Source of the DNA: Peribolospora baueri
Taxonomy: Eukaryota
NCBI GenBank assembly: GCA_029717555.1
Contig: JAMDHS010000076.1
Location: 62,001 to 94,812 of the forward strand
DNA: 32,812 bases
Reading direction: 5' to 3'
The notes under the pieces are model-generated. The model did not search any database. It was not told the origin of the DNA and saw nothing but the letters and a program-made list of their open reading frames with translations. Shown piece after piece: positions 11,801-22,825 of the stretch. Made by a program: the position numbers and the translations under genes. Positions within the stretch are counted from its first letter, which is position 1; every line of letters begins with the position of its first letter.

Positions 11801-14148
11801 CGAGATGCTACAGCGACAAGAGTTCATCATCCGGTTGGCCCGGGCGCTGATGACGTACGGCGCCCCGACGCACCGCATCGAAGCGCAGCTGGCGGCGACA
11901 GCGCGAGTGCTCGAGATCGACGCTCAGTTCGTTTATTTTCCCAACTGCTGTCTCTGCTCGTTCGGAGACTCGGACACGCACACGAGCTCAACGCACTTCA
12001 TCAAACAGCCCGCGGGGGGACTTGACCTCTCGAGACTGGAAGACATTCATTCCATCTACCGCAAGGTCATCCACGACGAGATGCACGCTGCCGAAGGCAC
12101 GCAGGCGCTCAAGCAGATCTTTTTCCGCAGAGAGACCTACCCGAACTGGTTTTTAGTTCTTCTCAGCGCCGCCATTAGCTGGTTCGTCTGTGCCTTCGCC
12201 TTCACCGGCAGCTTCGTCGAGTGTTGCCTCGCAGCTGCGCTCGGGTACGGCGTAATATACGTTCGTGAGTGCGCTCCCATTCCGGTCTTCCCCGTAAGGT
12301 GCTCCTTCGCCCAGTGCTGACCCGGGCCAGTCGTACATCCTCTCCGGGCCGCTGGGCCGACTTGACTTTTGGCAAGAGTTCACGCTGGCGGCTCGCAATC
12401 CTCTGTTCTCCAACGTCTTCGAAATATCCGCCGCCTTTGTTGTCTCTTTCGTCGCCAGAGGTGAGTTCTTCCTTGACCTTGATCGAAATCACGGATGCGG
12501 CTGGCTATGTTTGCTTAGCGAAACGTCAACGTCTCGCCCTTTTTTCGTGAAGGACTCGCGGGGACGGGCCTGTTTTGCTTTGAGAGCTTGGTCGCAGGAG
12601 GAGTGGCCCTGATCCTACCTGGCTACATCATCCGTGAGCCGACAGTGGCCTTCGCTTGGAAGCCGTGCATACGAATGCGACCGAGTTGAACGCGTGCCTC
12701 CCGACTTCGCTCGGCCGCAGTGTGCGGTGCTCTGGAGTTGGCCTCCAAGAGCATCGTCTCTGGATCTGTCAGAATGCTATATGCGATCTTCTTCAGCCTA
12801 TTCCTCGGCTTTGGAATCGCGATAGGTGACTCGGGTGTTCCTCCGTGTCGGTCTCGTAGACTTGGAGAGGCCGGGCTGAAACCGACGCTGCTCTCCGTCG
12901 TTCACTCTTGGCTGCAGGATCCGATTTGATGGGCGCCATCTTTCCAGCCTCTTATCGAACCCCGGCAGAGCATCAAGCCGCGCTGTCAGGGCCTTCAGAT
13001 ACCATCACCATCTCAGGCACCTTCCAGCCCGCCAACGCGTCCGCGCCCAACCCGTTCGGCCCGAGCGCCAACGGGACGTTCACGTTTTCGAACAGCACCA
13101 ATCCGGACCTGGAGCAGGGTCAAATCACATGCAGTCGAGATCCGCACTGGCCATGGTACCGGCAGAACATCAGCCCGTGGTTCAGGCTGCTCATCATCCC
13201 GCTGTTCACGCTCTCTCTGAGTCTGTTCAACAAACAACACTGGAAGTCTCGCCATGTGAGTCGAGTGAAGCCGCCTGAAAGTCGATCGACAAAGGTAGCG
13301 CGTTCCCCGCTCACCCGACTTTGTCGCGCCCACCCGGCTGCCATTTCACGCTCTCCAGCTGCCGTGGTCCGTGCTCATCGCTTGCGCGGGGTATGGAGCG
13401 AACTACGGCGTGTCCACTGCGATTCCCAATCGGATAGACATCACAGGGGCCAGCGCGTCTTTCGTGGTGGGCTTCCTGGGCAACCTCTACTCCCGTTTCG
13501 GACGGGTGAGCGAGCATCGCCGATGCGTTAGGCGGCGAAGCGACAAGAGACGACCAGTGACGACACTGGAGATCAAAACGGCTAACGTCGGGGGGGCGGC
13601 GACGTGCATTTTTGTTCTTCCCGTTCGCGTCTGGCACCGCATCGTGCCGCGCCGCGCAGGGCTCGGCTTTCCCGGCCATGGTCGTGGGCGTGCTGGCCAT
13701 GGTGCCGAGCGGGATCAGCGCCGCGGGTGGCCTGTCCATGACGCATTCGAGCAACGCCGGCAGCTCGTTCTCGAGCGGTCTTACGATAGGCTTGAGGATG
13801 GTGGAGGTAGCTCTGGGCATCACCGGTCAGTCCAGTCCGTCTCCCCAGTTGGCCTCGCCGCCCGCCCTGCGAGGAAGAGGGCCGGCACCGTCACGGGCCG
13901 GGCCACTGGCGTGCGTTGACATTGCATCCCTGATTTTCATTCACATTGGCGGTGCGGCGACAGTCGGCCTCTTCTTCGCGTCGCTGCTGATCTACCCGAT
14001 CCCCAAAGCCCGCGGGGCGCTCTTCTCGTGAGTAGAAAGGAAGCAAAGCGCCGGGCCGTCCTTGTCTTTGTTTTCTCCTGCGAACAGACGAAGCCTCACG
14101 ACGTGACGTCCTCGTCCATCTTGCGGCCCCGCGGCGTGCAGGTTCTGA
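8815..14148 (+). CDS. PRM10: Prm10-like membrane protein, ThrE/DUF1212 threonine-serine exporter family, with a very long disordered N-terminus
   Basis: FITMHIAEMLQRQEFIIRLARALMTYGAPTHRIEAQL, GLDLSRLEDIH, NVFEISAA, ILPGYIILCGALELASKSIVSGSVRMLYAIFFSLFLGFG, VPSGISAAGGL and MVEVALGITVGLF are Prm10/ThrE hallmarks. Start is 8815 or 8824. A final intron 14028-14141 gives the C-terminus LFSF*. Confidence 0.9.
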
Positions 14149-14261
14149 ACGGCAGACGGACGGGAAGAAGACATGACGTGCAGCACAGCGCGTGGCCGTG
14201 TATACCGTTCCATTCATCCATAGTCGAAGGGCGGTCGTTGGCTTGTCCACGCAATGATGTA

Positions 14262-14848
14262 TTATCATGTTATTGTTATTATTAGCATTGCGCCGGCCTG
14301 ACGACACCCGGGGAAGTCGAGGCGAGCTGCGGCGAGTTGCTGCGGAAGAAGACGGTAACCCTACCAGGGCGCGTGGTTTGCACGTGGAAAGAAACGGGGG
14401 GAAGGCTGGTCGTTTATCTGCGACGAATCAGCGTCGCCGGATTCTCTATCTCCTTCATCCGACAATCCATCCGGGCCCGTCCGGCTGTTCGACTCGCCGA
14501 CCGAGTGGTCGTCTGTCCGTGCTGTGGCGAGCAAGAGGCGTTCCAAACAGTTGTTCGACGGACGGGCGTTCGAAGAGGGAACAGGTCGCCCGGCAGGCGA
14601 CAGCCGCACACACGTCGGATGGCCTGCTGCTATCGAGATCTGGCTGGCATTTCGAGAGCGAAGGAGGAGGAGGAAAGGGAGAGAGGAAGGGGGATGGATG
14701 GAGATGGAGAGAGAGATGGAGACAGATGGTGCAATAAGCGCCGGGTTAATACGACCGAGCAGATTTCCAAATACACATTTTCGATCTGCGGTGTTGATCG
14801 TCTTCAGTCCTCGCCGCTTCTACTTTCTTCCCGACCCTTTCCTTATCT
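14262..14848. promoter_or_regulatory. Candidate GATA (AreA/Gat1-type) sites upstream of the ammonium transporter
   Basis: HGATAR on the minus strand at 14262, 14414, 14446, 14630 and 14843. Confidence 0.4.
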
Positions 14849-14946
14849 CACCCCTTCTTCCTCGCCGCCGCCCTGTCTCGCCTCGCGCGCGCCCCGGCCT
14901 GGGTGGTCGGATGCGAGGTCGTTGTCGTGGTCGTGGTGGTGGGCGT

Positions 14947-14990
14947 GGTCGGTCAGTCAGTCAGTCGGTCGGTCGGTCGGTCGGTCGGTC
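14947..14990 (+). repeat. Compound tetranucleotide microsatellite (GTCA)n(GTCG)n
   Basis: ggtcggtcagtcagtcagtcggtcggtcggtcggtcggtcggtc. Confidence 0.9.
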
Positions 14991-15311
14991 CGCCTTGCCC
15001 TTGCTCATTTCCATCTTCATCCATCTCACCTTTTGCCTTCCATTTTTATGCTTTCTCTCTCTTTCTCTTTTGCCCCTTCCCCTCCACCCTCTCCCCTTCT
15101 CCTCCCGGACCATCTCTCGCTTCGGCCCTCTTCCATCCTTGGAGGACCGCCACCACCCTCCTTGTCTCTTCCCCCTCTCCGCCGGTCTCGTCCAGCCAGT
15201 CTCCGAGCCGCCGAGGCGACGCTCACACCGTCTGGCCCACCCCTCCTTGGTGCTTCTCCGTCGTCACCCGTCTCCCTCTCCATCTAGCGTTTCTTTGGCA
15301 GACAGACAACC

Positions 15312-18273
15312 ATGGTGAACATTACCTATGGCGTCCTCGACGCTCCCGGTAGCACTCAGGCCGGTGGCGCCAAGCTCCTGACTCCGAATGGGACTGACTT
15401 GATCGCCACTTTGAAGGGTGAGCAACGAGCAGCGAGCTACGAGCAACGAGCAACGAACGGGCTCTGCACCTTGAAAGCCCCTCCGCCATTGTGCGGGCGA
15501 GGACAGCAACCGACGAACGTGCTTGAGGTGGCTTGTTGCTGAGGTCCTTACCTCCTCTTCTCCTCGCCATGCTGCGCCAACCGCAGACGGCACCGTCGTC
15601 GAGTACAATCCTGGTGACATCTCCTGGATCCTGACTTGCACCGCCCTGGTCTGGATGATGATCCCGGGACTTGGTTACCTCGTGAGTCCATGACCTCTTC
15701 CCCCCGTTCCTCGAATGCGTCTCTTATGAACTCTGGGATGCCGTCTTTCGCCGGTCCCATCCGCTTGCCTTGCTCCGCTTTGGCAGTACTCGGGCCTAGT
15801 GCGACGCAAGAACGCCCTCAGCTTGCTCTTGCTCACTCTTGCCAGCATGGGTGAGTGCCGTTCTTGCGTTTTCATATCGGCGCGTTCGTGCTGCTCCTTG
15901 TTGCGCTCTCGCCGAGCAAGACCAAGGCGACGCGTCGAATCCCACGTTGGAAGCGTCGTCGGTGGGAGAAGAGGGAGTGAGGTTGTAAAGGGGATGGCTA
16001 AAATGAAAGGCGGCGATTGATCGGGACGTACAGCGAAGAGCGGCGTCGAGGAACTTGGCCCCGGGGAGGCGGGGTGCAGATATATCCTGGGTGGAGCGCC
16101 TTATCTCTGGCCTCTTTTGGTTGGGTCCCTCATCGCTATCTAACCGCTCCGCCCCCTGCCTCTATCTCCCGTGCCCCTTCTCTTCCTCCCCACAGCGGTT
16201 ATCTCGTTTGAGTGGTTCTTCTGGGTGAGTTCCGTCCCTCACCACCATCATCGACCATGCTCCCGCTGAGTCGCGCTCAGAAAAGCGATACAACCATGCG
16301 CAGTACTCGAAAATGTCTTTGGTCTGACTTGTGGTGCCATTCGCGGTCTCCTTCGTCTCGTAGGGGTACTCGCTCACGTTCTCCTCCTCAGGAGGCGCCT
16401 TCCTGGGCAACCTTCGCAACTTCGGCTTCATGAACGTCCTCGAGGCCCCCGCGGCGGCGTCCAACAACAAGCTGCCCGAGGTGGTATACGCGATATACGA
16501 GTGCATGTTCGCTGCTCTCGTCCCGTGAGTCACTCCTGCCCGTCGCCCGTCGCCTTTCTCTTCGTATCGTCTGCTGACATTTCTCCCACTCCCCGCTTCC
16601 CATTTCCCACTCACTTCGGGCTTGCAACTCTACCCATTCAGCGCCATCGCCATTGGTGCTGCTTGCGAACGCGGACGCGTTTGGCCCGCGCTCGTCTTTG
16701 TCTTTTGCTGGGGGACGTTGTGCTACAACCCTCTGGCGAGCTGGATCTGGTCCCCCAATGGTTGGGCGTACAAGTGGGGAGGTGAGTCGCGCCTCCTTTC
16801 GAGTTCGTATCCCTTCCTTCGTCCTCGCCCGCCATTTTTACCCGGCACCTGTACGCCTGTTCTCTCTTCAGTGCTGGACTATGCTGGTGGCGGTCCGGTC
16901 GAGATCGCGTCCGGCACCACCGGCTTCATCTACTCGTACTACCTTGGCCCTCGCCATGGCTATGGCACCGAGAGGCTTCTCTACAAGCCTCACAACGTCT
17001 CCCACATCGTCATCGGCACCGCCCTCCTCTGGGTTGGTTGGCTCGGCTTCAACGGCGGCTCCACCTTTGCCGCCAACCTCAAAGCCGCTCTCGCCATCGT
17101 TGACACCAACCTCGCGGGTTCCGTTGGCGGTCTGGTCTGGATGATTTTGGACTACCGCCTCGAGAGGAAGTGGTCCGTTGTCGGCTTCTGCACAGGAGCC
17201 ATCGCCGGTCTGGTCGCCATCACCCCTGCAGCTGGCTATGTCGGGTGAGTGACAAGGCGTGGACGTCAGTAAGGCCGTTTCACTCAAATGCTCACTCTCT
17301 TCCGCTCCCTCGGACGTGACACTCGCACAGCGCGCCCGCCTCGGTTCTCATCGGCGCAGCCGCGGCGGGCCTGTCCAACTTTGCGACGAGTCTGAAAGTG
17401 TTCTTGCGAAACGACGACGCCATGGACGTGTTCGCCTGTCACGCCCTCTCCGGCGCCGTCGGTCTCTTCCTCACCGGCATCTTTGCGCAAAAGTCGGTGG
17501 CGTTCAACGACGCTTTCCTCGTCATTCCCGGCGGCTGGCTCGACGGTCATTTTGTCCAACTGCCCATTCAGCTCGCCTGGATCGCGGTCAGCACCGCGTG
17601 GTGCGCCGGTGTGACGTTCGCCATCATGTTCGTTCTCGACCATATCCCCGGCATCGGGCCTTTCCGAAGCAGCGAGGAGGCCGAGATCATCGGTATTGAC
17701 GAGGAGCAGCTTGGCGAGTGGGCTTATGACTGTGAGTGGGCGTTCGTCTCCTGGGACTTTTTTTCTTGGCTTTCCAGTCCGTCGTTATCCACATGTGAAT
17801 GCCCTGGACGTTCTGACTCGTTCCTCCCGCGCGCTCCAGACGCCTACATGAACCGAGACCTCGAGGGCAACTACTACGTCACTGGCGATGACGCGGGCAC
17901 TGGCTCAGCCGAGGAGGTCCGCGTCGGTCGCACCGGCCAGAAGCAAGAGAAGGTCATAGAGGGCCCTGGTGAGGTTGCGCTTTCGCGCGCTGAAGTCGCA
18001 GAAAAGACGACCTCCGACGCCGGTGCCGGAGACGCTTCTCCGAGTGCCCGTGAGACGGAGGAGAGTGGCTCCGCCGAACAGACCGCATCCACCGCCGCCG
18101 ACGGGAATGGCTCCGTCGGAGCGTTGCATTCTCGTCCTTCGAGCCCGCCGCCGTCTACTACCGACGGGACAGCGCGAAGAAATGCGCCCGGCAGCGAGAT
18201 TCGCGTGACCGGCCCAGCGCCGAGCAACGAGCGAGAACGTTTTGCCTGGTCGAGGGAACAGAGGCGGTACTGA
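15312..18273 (+). CDS. amt: Ammonium transporter, Amt/Mep family (Mep1/Mep3/Ump1-like Glu-His type), 9 exons
   Basis: [117 protein letters not shown]. Includes a 29-nt exon at 16196-16224. Confidence 0.96.
15418..15458 (+). repeat. Degenerate 7-mer tandem repeat (GAGCAAC)n at the start of amt intron 1
   Basis: gtgagcaacgagcagcgagctacgagcaacgagcaacgaac. Confidence 0.8.
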
Positions 18274-18456
18274 TCACCACACCACACCACTCCGCGCCCT
18301 GGTCGGCGCATCCCTACCCTTTCTGTCTGCTCGGTTTGACAAAAAGCCCTTCGCCGCCCTGCGCGTTTCTGGCCTTCCCTTCCTCTCTGCATCCCCGACG
18401 GCCCTCATGTCGTCGCGCGGCCCTCGTCGTTCCTTTCGACCCCTTTCTCCTTCCGG

Positions 18457-18497
18457 CATCATTCATCCATCCATCCATTCGTCCATCCATCCTTCCA
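18457..18497 (+). repeat. Degenerate (CATC)n microsatellite in the amt 3' region
   Basis: catcattcatccatccatccattcgtccatccatccttcca. Confidence 0.8.
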
Positions 18498-18562
18498 TTT
18501 CCCTCATTCGTCCGTCTTTCTTTCCTCCATTTGCTACGTCTACGACTCGCCTTAGAGGACTT

Positions 18563-19113
18563 TTATCGGCGCTCCTCTCCGCTCGCACTTTATCGCCCGT
18601 GCGCTTTTGTTCTTTCCTTCCCGCGAAATGGCGGGAAGGCCCCAGCTTATCTGTCTACCTATTTCCAGCCCTTCTTGGCCCGCACGCGACCCGCATGTAC
18701 ACAATCTTTTCTTTTTCCATCTCTCACGCCGCCTCGGACGACGACGAGCTCTAATAGATCGCACGTTTTGTGCACCGGTCGAATGGGAGGCCACAGATAA
18801 GAATAGCTCGATCTTTGGACGCCGGAAAGGAGCCGCCGCCGGTCTTGAATGTGGCCCTACCTAATAACTGACCCCCGTCGCCCTCTACAAGGACGGTTAA
18901 GTACCTGTAAAGGGAACTGAGGTCGCCTGCTAGCCGGCTGCGGCGTGCTGCGGCGCGGTGGCCCGGACCGAGCGGGGACGTGGCTGTCTGTCGGGTCGCG
19001 TGTGGGGTGGTAAGCTGCTGCCTTCTTTCTCTCCGCCTCCGGTGTCCAGACGGATGGATACACGAATGCGGACAGCCGCCGTCACGCAGGCGCAGAGCAG
19101 AGGCTGATGATAA
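18563..19113. promoter_or_regulatory. Candidate GATA site cluster upstream of the aminotransferase
   Basis: HGATAA at 18563, 18590, 18647 (minus strand) and at 18795, 19108 (plus strand). Confidence 0.4.
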
Positions 19114-19354
19114 CTGGACTGACTACTTACTTGTGGCTCGCCGTAGCTAACTTGGGACCGTCCATGGCGGGGCAGTATCGGCGGCCAGGCGGCCATCTTT
19201 TCGTGGCGCTCGGTCGGCCCTGGCCCACGCTGCCCCTGCTTTTAAGCCGGCTCGACGTCCAGGCCGTTCGTTCCCACATCCTCGTCCACATCACTTACAA
19301 CCTCGCCCTTGTCTCTCTCTAATTTCTCTCGGTTCGACTCCCGTACTGCTCACC

Positions 19355-21379
19355 ATGTCGGACGGCAACTGCGTCACCTCCCTGCCCGCGCTCGGGACTG
19401 CGCCAGAGTCCGCCGGCGCCACCACCACCACCTGCGTGCTCCATCGCAAACTGAACGAGGTGCCTCTCCGCCCGTCTCGAGCCAAAGGCAACTACATCTA
19501 TCTCGAAGACGGGACACCCATCTTGGACGCGTGCGGCGGCGCGGCGGTCGTCAGCATCGGCCATGCGGACGAGAGGGTCATTGAGGGACTGGTGGACCAG
19601 ATGAGGACCGTCGGCTACGTCCACAGCGGAGCGTGGTCGAACCAGGTAAATTAAGCGGACGGATCACCGGACAGGAAGGACCTCTTGCCCCATCCGCCCG
19701 TCCCAGCTCACGCCCGTCCCTCCTCCATCTCTCGCTTTCTTTGCTCCGCGCAAACGGCCGCCCCGCCGAATCAGCCCGCCGAAGAGCTCGCGGCCTACAT
19801 GTGTAAATCCGCGGGCATGGCTCGCTGTGTCTTCACCTCTGGAGGTTCCGTGCGTTTCTCTTCCACCTCTTTCCACAACAGCCCGACCCACGGCGTCTCA
19901 CCAGCGGGCGTCCTTTCCCTTTTGTTGCACTTCAGGAAGCGCTCGAGTCGGCCATCAAGCTTGCTCGCCAGTACCACGTGGAGAACAAACAACCCGGTCG
20001 AGTCCACTTTATCGCCCGCGAGCTGAGCTATCACGGCAACACATTGGGAGCGCTCGCTTTGGGCGGCCACAAGGTGAGCCGGCGAGTGAGGCCTTCGATA
20101 AACGCGAGCTTTTCGGGGAGTGACCGAACACCTTCCGTTCCCTTGTCTCCCCCTCCCTCCCCCGTCGGCGTCTCAGCGACGTCGAGATCCGTACCTGCCT
20201 CTCCTATCGTCCAACTTTCACAAAGTCTCTCCCTGTTATGTTTATCGTTACCGGCGACCTGACGAGTCGGACGAACAGTACGTCCAGCGACTCAAGGACG
20301 AGCTGGACGCAAAGTTCCAAGAGCTCGGTCCCGACGCCGTCGCCGCGTTTGTCGCCGAACCCAGTGAGCAGCATCTCTAACTCTTCTCTTCGTCGCTTGA
20401 GCGCGACGCGACCCCTGACCGGTCTCTTCCTCGAACTCGCGTCACAGTCGTCGGAGCTACCACCGGTTGTGTCCCCGCGGTGCCCGGCTACTTCAAGGCG
20501 GTTCGAGAGGTGTGCGATAAGTATGGAGCCTTGTTGATCATAGACGAGGTGAGCGGTCTGCCCGCCCTCTCACCATGCTCTGTCCTCGCTCGGCATCGTC
20601 TCGTGCTCAACGGGCGTGTCCTATACCTATAGATCATGTCGGGAATGGGCAGGACCGGAAAACTACACGCTTGGCAATGGGAAGGCGTCCAGCCGGATAT
20701 CCAAGTCGTAGGCAAAGGCCTCACGGGAGGGTACGCACCTTGCGCCGCCGTCATGATGAAGAAACAAGTCGTCGATGCCTTGGAGGCCGGCTCGGGCGCC
20801 TTTGTCAATGGGTACACGTTTCAGTCATGGGCCATCGGCGCTCGAGCGGGCTACGAGGTGATGAAGATTATCGAGCAGGAGGGATTGGTAGAGCAGTGCA
20901 GGAAGAGAGGCGAGCTGCTCGACAGCGAGCTGCGGGGTCACCTGGGCGACCATAAGCATGTCGGAGACATTCGGTGAGCTCGCCGGGGCACAGAGACCGA
21001 GACTGAGACCAGCTCTGTCGCCGACGCGCTGTCCCACTCAAAAACTCCACACCGCATCCCTCCCCCCCCCCAATCCGCCCTCGGCCGTCGGCCATCCAGC
21101 GGCAGAGGCCTGTTCTTAGGCGTCGAGCTGGTGCTCTCCCGCGAAACTCGGGCTCCGTTCCCGGAAGCGTTCCCGCTGCCGGCGTTGATCGCCGCCGAGA
21201 CGGTCAAGCGCGGGGTCATCATCTATCCAGGGATGAAGGGCACTGCAGACGGCACGCTTGGTGACCACGTGCTCATCGCTCCGCCGTACACGGTGACGGA
21301 GGAGGAGGTGCGGACGATCGCCAGGACGCTGAGGGAGAGCTTGGATGCGGCGTTGGAGAAGTGGGATGGGAAGGCCTGA
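19355..21379 (+). CDS. Class-III PLP-dependent aminotransferase (omega-amino acid/YodT-like; substrate unknown), 7 exons
   Basis: [85 protein letters not shown] (PLP lysine), [14 protein letters not shown] and DHVLIAPPY. Confidence 0.93.
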
Positions 21380-22825
21380 GAATCAAGATCCGGCCCTCGT
21401 GACGCGCTCTGTTTTCGGGTCAGCGAGTGGTTTTTCGCTCATTCCACCCCGCCCCAGCCTTCTGACCGATCGGTCGTCGTGTTCGTCTCCCCCGCAGTGA
21501 CGATCTCCGCTTGATCTCTTTTCCGCCCCGCAGCCGTCATCGCTTGCCAATCCCAAGCTGGCCCATGCTCGGCAAGGGTGCTGCGCGGAGGGAGCGTCTG
21601 TAGAATGCATAGAATCTATTAGGAGGCATGTAGAGCGACGTAGGATAGGGGCGGCGGCCTTGTGAGGCGAGCGTGAGGACGAAATAGACTTCTAGCTGCG
21701 CGCTGGTAGCCGGGGCTGAGCCGCGCTCACTTCCTTCGGCTGGCTGGTCGCCCCGGCAGCGCCATGTCGACTACTCCACTCAGTCTACCTACCTACCATC
21801 CATTCATCCATCCACCGCTTTTTCTCAAACTTGACCAGACCAGACGCACTCTGACGTTCGTTCACCTCCCGTTCGCTCCGGAACCAGAGTGCCGCCAGTG
21901 CGAATTGACACCGCGGCCGTTCGTTGGTCGGGTCGGGCGGGGGCCAACGCTGCGCCCTTTGTCCGCCTGCCCGCCGCGTCGCCTCCCCCGGGTGGTACAT
22001 CTGCAGGGCGAACGAACGAACGAGCGAGCGAGTGGGCGTCTTCGTCTTCGTCCGCACGCGTTCGTACCGTCGTCGTTCTTTGTACCTTTCCGCCTGAATG
22101 CTCCGTTCCGCGCAGGAAAGCCTGGACCCCTAGCGACACCGTCCGCCCGTGTGGCAACCGCACCGCTGAGCAGGCAGCGACTTGCAGGCGCCGGTGTTCT
22201 TGTCAACGGCCTGCGGTAGGGTCCCTCTACGGTCGGTGATGGAACAGGAAGCCGCTCGGGTTGCATGTCGGCGACCATCGCTTTCCCCGCACGCTGATCG
22301 TGCTGATCATCGTCCACTGCAGGCACGCACAGCGGTAACAATTGATTAGTGGCGCCTTTCCGTGGCTGGCGGCGCAGACCCAACCTTGGCCCACTGCACT
22401 TCACCTTTCCTCCACCCATTCTCCTCCGGAGCGAACGGCATGGCGACCGCTATAGCTGCAGAACTATCCGTCGGTCTCTTCTCGTCCCACAGTGGGCCCC
22501 TGGGCGTCTTTTCCTGGACGGAGCGCGTGACTAACCATGAAGGCCATGATGACCGGCAGGCCATCACAAACTCGACACTCTTCCCTTCCACCAACTCTAA
22601 CTGACCTTGCTCTCCTTCGCACTTCCATCCGGGACGGACGCTTTGAGAGCTCCACCTGTTCTCCTATCTCGTTACCCCTCACTCTCCTTCCCTTCGCCGC
22701 TGCCGGACAGCCCTTTAAAGTCCCCCGCGGGGCGCTTCTCTTTCTTCACCTCTACCCCTTCGACTCGTTGGCCCGCTCCCCTTCTTGCACCTAACTTACA
22801 CGCTTCCGTGTCGCCAACAGACAAC

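Noticed and set aside
14267..15352. Long overlapping ORFs of 149-316 aa upstream of amt
   Set aside because: Low-complexity translations of purine/pyrimidine tracts and microsatellites in GC-rich promoter DNA; no family motifs.
19326..19355. tRNA-like GGTTCGACTCCC...CACCA just before the aminotransferase ATG
   Set aside because: The T-stem does not pair beyond 2 bp, and there is no matching acceptor stem, D arm or anticodon arm upstream.
21361..21603. Cryptic peroxisomal isoform of the aminotransferase by readthrough or alternative splicing
   Set aside because: The stop context is not TGA CTA, the readthrough frame does not end in a PTS1, and the best alternative splice ends in ERL, which is not a canonical PTS1.
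22540..22608. C/D snoRNA candidate (ATGATGA...CTGA, AAGG/CCTT stem, about 10 nt complementary to remembered 18S sequence)
   Set aside because: The complementarity stops 4 nt short of the D box, which breaks the usual guide geometry, and CTAACTGAC looks equally like an intron branch site.
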